Shown piece by piece: positions 1 to 10,398 of a DNA stretch of 29,738 bases. Every line of letters starts with the position of its first letter. Positions within the stretch are counted from its first letter, which is position 1. Under the pieces are notes generated by a model. It saw nothing but the letters and a program-made list of their open reading frames with translations. It had not been told where the DNA came from and did no database searches. The position numbers and the translations under genes were made by a program. This DNA comes from a virus (Duplodnaviria; Caudoviricetes), in IMG/VR virus record IMGVR_UViG_3300035135_003029, positions 1 through 29,738 of that record, one strand, 5' to 3'.

Positions 1-159
1 ATTGCTGAGAGTAGGAGCTTGGTTTACAACCTTAGCTAATACTGGCCCAATAAATTCAGCCAAAGCTACTTGAGCTTCATAAGCGACATCACGATTCTTG
101 GAGGCCATAGCCTTCACAAGTTCGATTTGTTCTGGTGTTCTTTTTAATGTAATTTTCAT
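1..159 (-). CDS. Probable major capsid protein, N-terminal 53 aa (continues beyond window start)
   Basis: ATG at 159 after an AAAGG RBS-like motif; reads MKITLKRTPEQIELVKAMASKNRDVAYEAQVALAEFIGPVLAKVVNQAPTLSN without a stop; follows TerL-portal-protease-head gene order. Confidence 0.6.
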   Translation of the reverse strand, partial: MKITLKRTPEQIELVKAMASKNRDVAYEAQVALAEFIGPVLAKVVNQAPTLSN

Positions 160-186
160 TTTAAATTTTACCTTTCTTTATTAAAA

Positions 187-876
187 TTAAGCAGCATCCA
201 ATTTTACGATGAAGTAAGATCCGCTTACTTGCAGACCTGCTTTTCCAAAAACGTTAGTACCGTTGTTCACAGCATCATTACGGTAACCTGCTCCGATAAC
301 TGTTCCGATGACATTGTCTGTGGCACCAACGGAATTTCCAGCAATACCAGAAGCTCTTCCGTGCAAGTGGGGAACCAAACGGTCGCCTACTTCTGCATCA
401 ACAATAGCATCATCAGTAAGGGAGATCAAACCACGAGAAAGAACAGGTACGGCTTCACCGGGAAGTACTCCGTAAAGTTCGTCCTTCTTGATTGGGTTGT
501 AAAGAAGATTTTCTCCAAGCTCATCACGAGCAACTGTTTGACGAAGAGTTACACCCAAGCAAGGATCTGTAGCTGCGCTAACAGGCTCTACAGAAAGAGA
601 AGCTTGAGGGTAAGTGTTTCTTCCAACATGTGGATAATCGGTTTTGCCAAGCAAACTTGTAGGGTTGCTTGTTACGTCGACGGGATCCCAGTCGGAACTT
701 CCATCATTTAAGTTTCCAGCCGAAACTTTTACAAATACACCGGCATCACCTTGTTTTGTTGAACGCTTGTCAGCATCCGACAAATCAATAAAATCATCAA
801 GATTTCCAGCACTTTTGAATAAGTTTACGACTTCATGTTCATCGTAATCACGAAACGGTAATAGTCTAATAGCCAT
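187..876 (-). CDS. Putative head decoration/capsid-associated protein
   Basis: 229 aa, Gly/Val/Asp-rich beta-type sequence with AAGGA RBS; lies between protease-scaffold and the probable MCP. Confidence 0.5.
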   Translation of the reverse strand: MAIRLLPFRDYDEHEVVNLFKSAGNLDDFIDLSDADKRSTKQGDAGVFVKVSAGNLNDGSSDWDPVDVTSNPTSLLGKTDYPHVGRNTYPQASLSVEPVSAATDPCLGVTLRQTVARDELGENLLYNPIKKDELYGVLPGEAVPVLSRGLISLTDDAIVDAEVGDRLVPHLHGRASGIAGNSVGATDNVIGTVIGAGYRNDAVNNGTNVFGKAGLQVSGSYFIVKLDAA

Positions 877-892
877 TTTTTATTCCTTTATT

Positions 893-2431
893 TTAGTAGT
901 TAATAGTTAAATTGTCTTCGGAGAAAGCTTTTTGAAACTTTTCCTTAAGAGTAAGCTCTTGATCGGAGGCTTCAGCATTATTGTTGCTAATTGCTTCTTC
1001 TTCAGATGCCTCAACTTGCTCAATTGCTTCTTCTACAGCTTCTTCTTCACTTTCGGTAGCAGAAGATTTAAGTTCTTCTAAACGTTTTTCAACGGCTGCG
1101 GCAAGCTTTGAGTTAAACTCTTCTTCTTGAGCTGCGATAAAGTCTTTGCTTTGATGCTTAAGTACTACAGTCAATTTTTCTTGAAATGCAGCAAAGGCTT
1201 CTTCGGTTTCATCAAGAGACTTCAGTTCTTCAGCAACTACTTTACGACTAGCATCGTCAAGTTCGTATGCATCTTCAATGGCAGACATGCGAGAATCAAA
1301 TCTTGCAATAGCTTCTGCTTGCTTTTGCTCTTGTTCTAAGGATGATACACGTTCTGTTGCAGAAGCGAGCTCTTCTCTCAATTGGTTAAGTTGCTCAGCT
1401 TGCTCTTCGGCAGCTTTAGCTAACTCAGCCTTTTCGTTTTCGAGTTGCTCTTTTTCTTGTACGAAAGATTCATTTCGCTCCAGAATAGCATCATTAATTA
1501 TTTTAGATACAGTAGCCACCGCTTCTTCAGAGAATTTCTTGTTAGAAACTTTCTCTTCCAGAGCTGACACTAAGTTATTGAGAATTTCGTTATTTTCCAT
1601 AATAATAGTACTTTTTTTGTTAGTTACATCAGAATTGATGTTTTGTGAAATATTTTTTTCATTTTTTTCCTCTATTAGATCGTCTTCATACCCCGAACTC
1701 ATCACGATACCTTTAACATTTGCGGCTGGATTAGCTGTAAATCCTATGCCTAGGGGATATATGTCGCCAACAATCAATCTGTGCAATGGTGAGCCGTCTT
1801 TCATTTTTCCGTCACCACCAAAAGCTTTCAAGTTACCTTTAAGCTCTTCAATTAAATTTTCATCTTCAATGATTTCAGCTTCTTTTAAGTTGTCGCTACC
1901 TGCTGCGATTTTAAAATCATTAAAACCAATTTCCCAGCTTGCGGAAACTTGATGATAGAATTCACTTTCTTCATCTGCGGATTGTTCTACTAAATTCGCA
2001 AACTCTGGGTTAACAGTTTTATATATTAATGAAGCTAAAGCAATATTAAAAGGTTCATTTAAATCTTCTACCTCTTCGGGGCTTAGTATTTGGTTGTCCA
2101 AAAAGCTAGAAAATGAAGCTGAAACAATATGGCCAACAACTTTTTGTTTTTGATGTTCTATGTTTGTTGGTTTATGTTTAAACTGATCAAGAATTTTAAC
2201 AGCTGATTTAGAATCTATTCCGTCTCCATTTTTATTAAACGTATTAACAACTGCAGCATTAAATGCAACAGCAAGTAAATCCATATTCTTCTCTAAATCT
2301 ACATCTTTTGGTATTATACCTTGCAGTGAATCTAAAGAAGCTTTACTAATATTTAAATCTGGTGAGTCAATTTCGCCAGAAGCTAAAATGACATTCGAGA
2401 AATTAGTAGTGTATTTAAATTTTTGACTCAT
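893..2431 (-). CDS. Prohead protease-scaffold fusion
   Basis: N-terminal KPTNIEH / SASWEIGF / GIGFTANPAA motifs resembling HK97/S78-type head proteases; acidic Glu/Ala/Lys coiled-coil C-terminal half; directly downstream of portal. Confidence 0.7.
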   Translation of the reverse strand: MSQKFKYTTNFSNVILASGEIDSPDLNISKASLDSLQGIIPKDVDLEKNMDLLAVAFNAAVVNTFNKNGDGIDSKSAVKILDQFKHKPTNIEHQKQKVVGHIVSASFSSFLDNQILSPEEVEDLNEPFNIALASLIYKTVNPEFANLVEQSADEESEFYHQVSASWEIGFNDFKIAAGSDNLKEAEIIEDENLIEELKGNLKAFGGDGKMKDGSPLHRLIVGDIYPLGIGFTANPAANVKGIVMSSGYEDDLIEEKNEKNISQNINSDVTNKKSTIIMENNEILNNLVSALEEKVSNKKFSEEAVATVSKIINDAILERNESFVQEKEQLENEKAELAKAAEEQAEQLNQLREELASATERVSSLEQEQKQAEAIARFDSRMSAIEDAYELDDASRKVVAEELKSLDETEEAFAAFQEKLTVVLKHQSKDFIAAQEEEFNSKLAAAVEKRLEELKSSATESEEEAVEEAIEQVEASEEEAISNNNAEASDQELTLKEKFQKAFSEDNLTINY

Positions 2432-2446
2432 AAATATATTTATACA

Positions 2447-4525
2447 CTATTTTTTAACATTTTTACTATGATAGAGTATAGCAGACGGATAATCAGTTAA
2501 TTCGTGTTCTGCCGCAATTTCTAAAACATCTTTAATTGTTGATAGTTTTTCTATGTTGTCTACATTTTTTATACAAGATAATACTGTACGCTTCCATTGA
2601 TTCTGTTCTTTGGCACATATAACCGATTCACATAAAGTAGATACTAAATCTTTTTGTTGATCATTTAATTCTTTTAATTTTTTATTTTCTTTAAATTTAT
2701 CAAATGCATAAGATTGAAATTCTTCTATTTTATATATAGTGTCTTGTATATTCTTTTGACCATATGTTGCGGTAGCTTGTAGAGGTATTTGGTTAGTACC
2801 ATTTGGTCTACCGGGAGACTTCTGAGTTTTATTGTCAGTTTCTTTGGGCTTGGGTTGTTGCTGTTGTTGAACTTGTTTTTGGTTCTCCATACCCTCTCTC
2901 TGTATATCAAGCTGCTCTTCAGATATTTCTCTATCTTTTTCAGACTGAACGCTCTCGATCATGGGTATACCTCCAACCAATGGATTGTAGTATCCTTTTT
3001 CTCGTTGTTCGATATAGCCTTCTTGCTGTTCGGAAAGTTCTTTTGGGTTTGGGTACAATCCTGTCTGCATAGCCTTAATACCTTGCTCTGGAGTAAGTAT
3101 ACCAATTTCCAGCAATCTGGTAATAACTCTCTGGAACTGCACTTCATCCTTGATATCAATCTCCTCGAATCTTGCAGTTGGGTAGCTTTTAAGCCCCATG
3201 TTTCTACATACTTCTTTGATTTGAGGTTGTAAGAAATCGTTTAAAAATGAATTACGAGATTCTTTTAGCCTTTCTAAAAATATTTCAGCCTTAACTTGTG
3301 TGTTAGAGAATTTCTCGCTACCAACAATTACATTCTGCAAACCTTCCTTAATGTCTTCATTTACAATTTTATACTTTTCTGAACCAAGAACTTTATTTAA
3401 ATCAGGAATAACGAACTGAGCTTTAGTAGTATAATCAGCAATGAGCGCTCGACCAACACTTTCATTCTTAAATAACTCTTGCATTGCTTTAAGGTTATTA
3501 GGGTTAACTCCGCCTTTGTCGGGCTCAGTTCCCATTGTTATTAAAAGTATTACATTCTCTACAGTTCTACATATAGCCTGATCAATCTTCTTTAACTCCA
3601 GCTTCCAATTAATATCATCCAAGACAGGAAAACCAAAAGGTATAGCAAAAGGTTCATAATCTTGTTTTTTGTAAAATGAATAAATTAATTTCTCTGGATC
3701 TAGTTGAATTTTCAGACCGTCAGTAGGAAAGTTTCCATCTTTGATTTGTTTTTTGATGTCTGCTGGTAGCGAGTCAAATACTTTTTTATCTTCATCTGTT
3801 TTAGGTGACCTCAGTCTTTCCAGTTCATAGTGAGATAATATTTTTTTGTAGACTCCAGATTCAAAAGCTGTAGCCTTATCAGCAACAACATCATAAGGAT
3901 TTAATAATATATACTTAACAGGTATTTGTCCGGGCTTTAAAGATTGAGATGCATATACATAGTTTAGTTTTAGTAAGTCTTGACTATTAAACTTTCCGTC
4001 AACTCTATACATGAACACATTACCTGAGCGGTAATATTCTCTGAAGTATTGATCTTTAATTGACCATATATTAATTTTTTTTAGCCATCCCTCAATAAAT
4101 TTCTTCGACCTCTCATTTTCGCCTTCTATGCAAATTGGAGAGTTTGCGAATTCAGCCATAATATCAATTGCATTTCTGAATATCGCAATATTTGCATATG
4201 CTTTTTGGCACAGTTCTATTGCGTCTCTAACATTAACTCCGTCGCCAGAATAATCGTATGGCAATAAACCACTTCTAATATTAGTAAACCTATTTACCTT
4301 ATCTTTTGAGGTGATAGCATTCCTTCTCTGCCCACTTTGCGAACTGTATGCAGCTGTTCTTTGAGTATTTGCATTGCTGGTTTGTACATAAAAACTGTCA
4401 CCAGCTGTCTCTGGTAATGTTTCCATTGAGCCCATAGCATGCAATATATCTTCTATGGGTTTATCGTTTTTATGGAATTGATTCCAGTAATCAGACCTTT
4501 TAGTATACTTTCTTTTTTCTTTCAC
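2447..4525 (-). CDS. Portal protein
   Basis: 692 aa immediately downstream of TerL; helical portal-like segments (FRNAIDIMAEF, REYYRSGNVF, LTPEQG) and a low-complexity tail. Confidence 0.75.
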   Translation of the reverse strand: MKEKRKYTKRSDYWNQFHKNDKPIEDILHAMGSMETLPETAGDSFYVQTSNANTQRTAAYSSQSGQRRNAITSKDKVNRFTNIRSGLLPYDYSGDGVNVRDAIELCQKAYANIAIFRNAIDIMAEFANSPICIEGENERSKKFIEGWLKKINIWSIKDQYFREYYRSGNVFMYRVDGKFNSQDLLKLNYVYASQSLKPGQIPVKYILLNPYDVVADKATAFESGVYKKILSHYELERLRSPKTDEDKKVFDSLPADIKKQIKDGNFPTDGLKIQLDPEKLIYSFYKKQDYEPFAIPFGFPVLDDINWKLELKKIDQAICRTVENVILLITMGTEPDKGGVNPNNLKAMQELFKNESVGRALIADYTTKAQFVIPDLNKVLGSEKYKIVNEDIKEGLQNVIVGSEKFSNTQVKAEIFLERLKESRNSFLNDFLQPQIKEVCRNMGLKSYPTARFEEIDIKDEVQFQRVITRLLEIGILTPEQGIKAMQTGLYPNPKELSEQQEGYIEQREKGYYNPLVGGIPMIESVQSEKDREISEEQLDIQREGMENQKQVQQQQQPKPKETDNKTQKSPGRPNGTNQIPLQATATYGQKNIQDTIYKIEEFQSYAFDKFKENKKLKELNDQQKDLVSTLCESVICAKEQNQWKRTVLSCIKNVDNIEKLSTIKDVLEIAAEHELTDYPSAILYHSKNVKK

Positions 4526-4572
4526 AATAGATAATACACAAAGTCAAGTGAAAAGTCTATAAAAGTTAAAAG

Positions 4573-6432
4573 TTAACTTATAAACATTGGCGCAAAAGTA
4601 GAAGGTATCTCTTGAGCTTTTGTGTTATTCATGTCATAGAATATTTTTACCATCCAGCTACCTAGTACCAATGCAGAGTAAGAGTCTTTTCTAGCTTTGT
4701 CTGGTCCCGATTGCCTTCTTAACTCTATAGGTAACCCAAAAGTTTGAGTGCCTTGAGGTGAAGTTGTTATCTGAATTAAGGCACACTGATTTTTGGTCAT
4801 GTTCATCATGTCATACTGATGTTCTATAAAGTCTATCATTTTTGCAGCACCACTTTGCTTTTGTTCATCATCAGAAAGTCTCAAAAACTTTAATTTATCA
4901 ATTGGGATTTTTTTAGCTCTTTGTTTATTATAGGCTTCGTCAATAGCCCTTGACCCAAACCAAATTCTTTTGTGGTCAAAATTCGCCTGAAGTAACTCAT
5001 TAGCTCGCCTAATCCAGTCTGATGTTGGTTTACGTAATATTAAATATTTATGATTTTTCGGGTCGTATTGAGCTTTAGCTGTCCTAAGTTCTTCTTTATA
5101 TGTGTCCATTTTATCAAAGTCGCCATCAATTGATTGGATTTTTATATTATTTGACTTAAATAATTCACTTTCATTTACAGCATTAATAAATTGAACACCT
5201 CCATTATAGTCTCCTACTATTGCTATAATATTGAAGTTTTTAATTAAATAGAAAAAATAAAAAATATGATCCCTTAAAGGCGTGCCAGACATGGCATAAG
5301 AGTGAACCAATGTAGATGTACCCCTGTCTTTATGGTACTTTAAAACCTGCATGGCGAAATCATCACTACTCTCACTTTCGGACCAAGATGGGTCAAAAGC
5401 TAATATATATTCGTCCTGAGGGTTACCTTTGATTTCTACATGGGGCTCTTCTCCATCTGGTACAGTACAAGCAGCCATTCTTGAAGTCTTGAAATATCCA
5501 GAGCTATCATCCGTAAATAAAGCCCCAAATTCTCGCTCAAACTGAGATTGACTCATGGTAGCTTTTGCTTGAGTGATCAAGTTTTGATCGTACAATTGTT
5601 TTGGAGCGCAGTCATATGAAAATTGCATAATTGCACGTGTAGCTTTATCTGTTTGATTATTTATTAAATCCTCAAACTGAGTATACAATTTGTACATGTA
5701 TTCAAACTTATAACTGGCTGAAGAGAGCATAATCAATTTATTGTTTGGCCAAACATATCGCTCTTCTTCTGTCATTTTACCTTGCTCGATCAATTTAGTT
5801 TCTAAGTTATACAGATTTTCTCTTTGAGTTGGGTTTTCAACAACAGACAAAAACGGAACTATAACCTCGTTATAAATACTTTCAGGCATCAATAAAAACT
5901 CATCAATAATAATCCTATGGAAACGAAAACCACGAAGCTTAGAGCCGTCACCTAGAGGTAAAGCCCTAATTCTACTTCTACCTATTTCCATTAACCACTC
6001 GTCATTACTTTTTGATTTTTTTGTGATACAGCTAGCTAGCATTGCCGCTTCTGGCTTGTTTGCTATATCTTCTATCTTTTTGAAAATTTGCTTAGATTGC
6101 CTAAATGATGCTGCTAGTATACCAATCTCAACGCCTTGATTTATGATGGCGTCTAAAAATGCATAAACTCCAGTAGTAAATGATTTACTCATACCACGAC
6201 TCCATACCCCCATGAAATAATCCGTTTCGAACATAGCTTTAATTGCCATGTGCTGAAAGGGAAATAGATCCACACCAGCTATTAAGTTAGTAGTAAATGT
6301 AATATTGTCTTTTAAGAATTTATATAAATTTTCTTTAGCTTCTTTTTCGTCCAAAAAGCCCTCAAGATTTAAAATTTCTTGGTTTACATCGACCTTCTGC
6401 CTACGATTTTGATTTCCTTTACTCCAAGCCAT
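4573..6432 (-). CDS. terL: Terminase large subunit
   Basis: LFPFQ adenine-binding motif, Walker A-like SRGMSKS, LRGFRFHRIIIDE Walker B, FEREFGALF, RNase H-like LAFDPS and C-terminal KDSYSAL. Confidence 0.92.
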   Translation of the reverse strand: MAWSKGNQNRRQKVDVNQEILNLEGFLDEKEAKENLYKFLKDNITFTTNLIAGVDLFPFQHMAIKAMFETDYFMGVWSRGMSKSFTTGVYAFLDAIINQGVEIGILAASFRQSKQIFKKIEDIANKPEAAMLASCITKKSKSNDEWLMEIGRSRIRALPLGDGSKLRGFRFHRIIIDEFLLMPESIYNEVIVPFLSVVENPTQRENLYNLETKLIEQGKMTEEERYVWPNNKLIMLSSASYKFEYMYKLYTQFEDLINNQTDKATRAIMQFSYDCAPKQLYDQNLITQAKATMSQSQFEREFGALFTDDSSGYFKTSRMAACTVPDGEEPHVEIKGNPQDEYILAFDPSWSESESSDDFAMQVLKYHKDRGTSTLVHSYAMSGTPLRDHIFYFFYLIKNFNIIAIVGDYNGGVQFINAVNESELFKSNNIKIQSIDGDFDKMDTYKEELRTAKAQYDPKNHKYLILRKPTSDWIRRANELLQANFDHKRIWFGSRAIDEAYNKQRAKKIPIDKLKFLRLSDDEQKQSGAAKMIDFIEHQYDMMNMTKNQCALIQITTSPQGTQTFGLPIELRRQSGPDKARKDSYSALVLGSWMVKIFYDMNNTKAQEIPSTFAPMFIS

Positions 6433-7357
6433 TTTTATCTATATAATATTGTAAGTCTACATCCCATAATTTTTTACCTAATGTTAATATTTTTGGTATG
6501 ATAGACTGTGAGTTTGCTCTACTTCCAGTAAATACGAATTGACAATGCCCAGCAAATTCATGAGTTAAAACTCTCATATTATGATAAACAAAATCTAAAC
6601 TTGATTTATGTGGGCCAAACAAATTGTTTTTGTAAATTTTAGACATATTACTTTCGATGACTATGAACAGATAAGAGTCAAAGTCTTTTACTCTTTGTAG
6701 CTCTCTCTTGAACCTTTGGAACCCCCCAGACAATGTCCCCTTAAAGTCTTGTTCGGCTTTTCTGTCTACATATGTATAGTTGTAATTTTTACCCCCTACA
6801 GTATAGTCTCCAAAGTCAAGTTTAAGCGATTCTGATTTATTGAAAACTAAAGGTTTTTGCTCCCTAGTATCGATTAAAATATTCAAGTCTTCAAATAGAG
6901 AATCGTCCTCAAAAAAGGATTTGTCAATAGCGGATTTGTATAAAGGTTTTACTCCAGCAAGTTCACAAACTTTGCCATAGGAGCCAAAGATATTTTTATA
7001 TGTATCAATGTCTGGCAACTTAGCATTAATAAGCTCTATGTGATTTGGGGCATATTTTAAATCTTTATTCTTGATTCTTTGTTTTAATTTTTGTAAAATA
7101 TATTCAGCTACTTCCTCTTTAGGTTTTTCTTTGCACCATTTCAATAGTTGTCTTCTATTATAAAAGTCGTAATTGAAATAATGTTCTTTCTTTTTAAATG
7201 GTAATGGATCTCCAGTTAATTTGTTGTATCTAGGATAATATGTTGTATAATATGTAGCTAAATCCAACTTATGTTTTTTAAGATGTATATGTAGTCCTTT
7301 TTCTGTGTCAAATTCTTCGTGACACACTTGACATTTAAAGCTAACGTTTTTCGCCAT
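6419..7357 (-). CDS. C2H2 zinc finger plus ERCC4/XPF-type nuclease domain protein
   Basis: N-terminal CQVC-x12-HLKKH; C-terminal LIDTREQKP...LDFGDY...VDRKAEQDF matching ERCC4 motifs (DxRE, GDY, ERKxxxD). Confidence 0.75.
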   Translation of the reverse strand: MAKNVSFKCQVCHEEFDTEKGLHIHLKKHKLDLATYYTTYYPRYNKLTGDPLPFKKKEHYFNYDFYNRRQLLKWCKEKPKEEVAEYILQKLKQRIKNKDLKYAPNHIELINAKLPDIDTYKNIFGSYGKVCELAGVKPLYKSAIDKSFFEDDSLFEDLNILIDTREQKPLVFNKSESLKLDFGDYTVGGKNYNYTYVDRKAEQDFKGTLSGGFQRFKRELQRVKDFDSYLFIVIESNMSKIYKNNLFGPHKSSLDFVYHNMRVLTHEFAGHCQFVFTGSRANSQSIIPKILTLGKKLWDVDLQYYIDKNGLE

Positions 7358-7697
7358 GATACTCCTTTGCGTGACCCTCTGCGACGAGGATTCTGTTTAA
7401 GCTTACTCCTCGCTTCCATATTTCTCCCAAAACTCTACCATATTTACCTATACCATGTGACTGTAAAATTAAGTCCTCACAGCAAAGCTCTTTTAATCTT
7501 TGCTTGGCTGCTAGACCTAATTTCTTTTCTTCCTTATTTCTCGTTCTTGATTCTGGGGCATTAATTCCGCTTAATCTGACTCTGACTTTAATCTTCACAT
7601 TAAAACCTAAATCAACCAATACATCTAAAGTGTCACCGTCTACAATCTTAATGACCTTATCTATTTTATAAACAAATAAATTTTCTTTATTTATCAT
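7341..7697 (-). CDS. Thermonuclease (SNase-like) family protein
   Basis: VDGDT, VRLSGINAPE, GKYGRVLG and NRILVAEGHA staphylococcal nuclease motifs. Confidence 0.9.
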   Translation of the reverse strand: MINKENLFVYKIDKVIKIVDGDTLDVLVDLGFNVKIKVRVRLSGINAPESRTRNKEEKKLGLAAKQRLKELCCEDLILQSHGIGKYGRVLGEIWKRGVSLNRILVAEGHAKEYHGEKR

Positions 7698-8743
7698 TAT
7701 ATTACATCGTTTTTAGATATGCCTAATATTCTAGACTTCCATTCGTTCATTGATTCTAGATGGTCTGCTTCTTCCTTGATAGCTTGTTTTTGCATATCTG
7801 CCATTTTTACCATTAGCTTCCTTTCCTCTTCATTCTGAAAACTTTCTACTAAAGATAGTATTGATGCATTTTGATCTTGACGCTGAGATATTCTCTTCGC
7901 TCTATCTCCAGCAAGCCTTTGGATTAGTGATTCTTGCCTTTTTTCGCACTGATTATATTCTTCACTTTTTGTTTTTAAAAGCTCTGATAGTCTTACTGTT
8001 AACTCTTGTTGTTCGTCAGCTTCATCAAACATCCTATTTAACTTTTCCATATGTGACGATATATTTTTTAAGTTAATATAATCAACGCAAACGTTAACAT
8101 ATAAATTAATTTCATCAGCGCTTAAATCAGGCTTGTCCCATGTCGCGCGAATGAATTCAGCTTCAAATAAATCTTGATCTTCGTCCTTGTGATAATTACT
8201 AATAATTTGGGTAAATCTAGGTGACTTCAAAAATCTAAATAAAGATTCTATAGATTTTCTCTCCATAGCTTTCATCTCCCCTTCAACTAAGCCAGCATCT
8301 GTGTAATCATTAACTCTATCAATGCATTCGCCAATATCTTTTGGTCCGTCATATTTATTTCTTTGTTGCCTATTTTCTTCCCTCTTTCTTTTCTTGACTG
8401 CATCCAAGTAGCTTCCTACAGCTCTTTGCTCTTTCCCAAGCTTCCTTACAGTTTCATCTGGAAATAATAATTGTGCTATTTGAAAGCTACTCATGCCATC
8501 TTGAGAGTATTGCTCGATAAATGACTTTTGTTCATCTGTTAGTACAACTGGAGCGACTTCTGGATGCTTTGTTGTTTTGTATTTTATTTCTTTCGATGCT
8601 AAATAAGCCCTAACTGCCCTTCCTTGTTTTGACCTACCATCTATAGTACCATCCTTGAAGGTCGAACGCGTCAATTCTATAAGGTCTGGTATCTTTGCAA
8701 AATTTTCGTCAATAAATTTCTCTTGTTCTTCTGTTAATTTCAT
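7697..8743 (-). CDS. Hypothetical protein (HTH-like N-terminus, coiled-coil C-terminus); candidate terminase small subunit
   Basis: 348 aa; repeated LTEEQ/LTDEQ helix starts, GMSSFQIAQLLF HTH-like segment; upstream of TerL. Function inferred from position only. Confidence 0.35.
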   Translation of the reverse strand: MKLTEEQEKFIDENFAKIPDLIELTRSTFKDGTIDGRSKQGRAVRAYLASKEIKYKTTKHPEVAPVVLTDEQKSFIEQYSQDGMSSFQIAQLLFPDETVRKLGKEQRAVGSYLDAVKKRKREENRQQRNKYDGPKDIGECIDRVNDYTDAGLVEGEMKAMERKSIESLFRFLKSPRFTQIISNYHKDEDQDLFEAEFIRATWDKPDLSADEINLYVNVCVDYINLKNISSHMEKLNRMFDEADEQQELTVRLSELLKTKSEEYNQCEKRQESLIQRLAGDRAKRISQRQDQNASILSLVESFQNEEERKLMVKMADMQKQAIKEEADHLESMNEWKSRILGISKNDVI

Positions 8744-9435
8744 AATAATATATCTTTATTTTTTATTATTTTAATAACTTTTTCTTTGAAAAACTTCCTC
8801 ATATTTTTTATTTGCTTGTATCCAGCAGTCCTACCTTTTTCGTTACTTTTGTAACCCAAATGCTTAGCTACGTCTTCTTCTGTTTTGTTTTCTATAAAAA
8901 GCATTACATAGATTTCATAATGTTTGGGTGATAACTCTTTTTCTAGGTGGCCCTGAACTTCTACAATAGCTCGATCTATATTAAATGTATCAGCTTTAAA
9001 CATGCTTGATTCATATTCTTGTGCGTCTAGCCTTAATGGAATTTTTACATCGTGAGCACTTTTTTTACTTTTTTCCCATTTGGCATACAGTGGACAAGTG
9101 TTGTCTTGAGCTCCACTTTTAGTAAAAGAACATAAGTTTTCTCCAGACATAGAGCTATCAAATGGACAGCTGGAACAAGGTTTAGCAAAATTTAAATAAA
9201 AATTTCTTAAAATATTTTTAAATTGATTGCTTATAATTTTATTTATCCAAGGCTTTAATTCCCTAGACTGATCCCACTGATCCCATTTATGATAAATGTG
9301 TAATCGAATAATTTGCTCTACATCTTCGAAAGATATCCATGGTATTGAGTCTAAAAACCATTTATTTTTTCTCTTCCGAATCTCTTCATTTATTATGTCA
9401 ATCTTTTCCTCGTAAGTTATTTTTTTCTCAGTCAC
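8740..9435 (-). CDS. Phage RNA polymerase sigma-like factor
   Basis: Region-2-like FEDVEQ...KWDQWDQSRELKPWINKIISNQFKNILR; region-4-like HTH KTEEDVAKHLGY. Confidence 0.7.
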   Translation of the reverse strand: MTEKKITYEEKIDIINEEIRKRKNKWFLDSIPWISFEDVEQIIRLHIYHKWDQWDQSRELKPWINKIISNQFKNILRNFYLNFAKPCSSCPFDSSMSGENLCSFTKSGAQDNTCPLYAKWEKSKKSAHDVKIPLRLDAQEYESSMFKADTFNIDRAIVEVQGHLEKELSPKHYEIYVMLFIENKTEEDVAKHLGYKSNEKGRTAGYKQIKNMRKFFKEKVIKIIKNKDILL

Positions 9436-9770
9436 TTGTTCTTCCTAGGCCTCCCTCTTTTGCGTTTAGGAGTATTACTTACACTATTTTCTTCTGGTGG
9501 TGGTAATATTGAGCCTAAACTAAAAGAGTTAGTGTCTACTTCAATATCATATTCTAATTGACTAATATCAGGAACTTCAAAAATATCTGTACCATCTTCA
9601 TCATCAATAGTCATCTCCATTGCTCTAGAATGCATTCGAAGATCTTCTTCTGGTTCTGGTCTATTTATTTTAGCACCGGCTAAAGGTTGACCGCAACTGG
9701 TGCAAAAATTTGGCTTGGTCGAAGTGTACTCGTGCTTAGTACCACAATGCTGACAATATGTTTTTAACAT
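9432..9770 (-). CDS. Zinc-ribbon protein with C-terminal AT-hook
   Basis: YCQHCG...NFCTSCG zinc ribbon, acidic middle, terminal PKRKRGRPRK. Confidence 0.65.
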   Translation of the reverse strand: MLKTYCQHCGTKHEYTSTKPNFCTSCGQPLAGAKINRPEPEEDLRMHSRAMEMTIDDEDGTDIFEVPDISQLEYDIEVDTNSFSLGSILPPPEENSVSNTPKRKRGRPRKNK

Positions 9771-9801
9771 AATTAATATTAAAAACGTATCTAATTAAAT
9801 T

Positions 9802-10383
9802 CTAAATTAAATAACCACTAATAATAATAGACTGGGTAAATAGTATTTTTTTTTGCTCTTTTGTCAGTTTATGTTTTTTATTAAAATCAATAGAAAGTAA
9901 ACCAATAATATTTTTATTTAATGTTCTAATTCCTATGGCATAAGAGGACTTTGCACCTCTTGAATCAAACCAATTTTTACATAACAATGTTTCAGATTTT
10001 TCTACATCATCCAACTCAAAACCTCCATCATCAATAGCTTGCTCAACAAAATTATTAAATGTACTAATTCTTAGGTTTTGAAGGTTTAGGGATTCTGCAC
10101 TTACTCCAGCAGCTAAAGCCTCATATGTACAACTAAATTTCTGTTGGCTTCCTCCACTGTAGAAATGATCTCCATTATGAAATTCATATACATGTACTCT
10201 GCTAGCATTTAATTCCGATAACAGAAAATCTACAGCTTTTTGTATGTTATTATTTTGTTTTGTATATGTAACAATGCAGTGCTCTTTTTTTGCTGCTCTT
10301 TTTTGTAACAACTCTTTAATAAAGATGCCAATAATAGTAGTGCTAGCAACAATACAAGAAGATAAAATTATAGACCAGTCCAT
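9802..10383 (-). CDS. Membrane-anchored GAF-like domain protein (T4-type holin-like)
   Basis: N-terminal TM helix, then ASRVHVYEFHNG ... IIGLLSIDF GAF-like pattern, an architecture like T4 holin T. Confidence 0.5.
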   Translation of the reverse strand: MDWSIILSSCIVASTTIIGIFIKELLQKRAAKKEHCIVTYTKQNNNIQKAVDFLLSELNASRVHVYEFHNGDHFYSGGSQQKFSCTYEALAAGVSAESLNLQNLRISTFNNFVEQAIDDGGFELDDVEKSETLLCKNWFDSRGAKSSYAIGIRTLNKNIIGLLSIDFNKKHKLTKEQKKILFTQSIIISGYLI

Positions 10384-10398
10384 TTATTTCTAAATACA

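Noticed and set aside
229-3232. + strand ORFs (229..711, 1278..1952, 2789..3232 and others)
   Set aside because: Antisense to well-supported head genes, with no RBS or protein-like features
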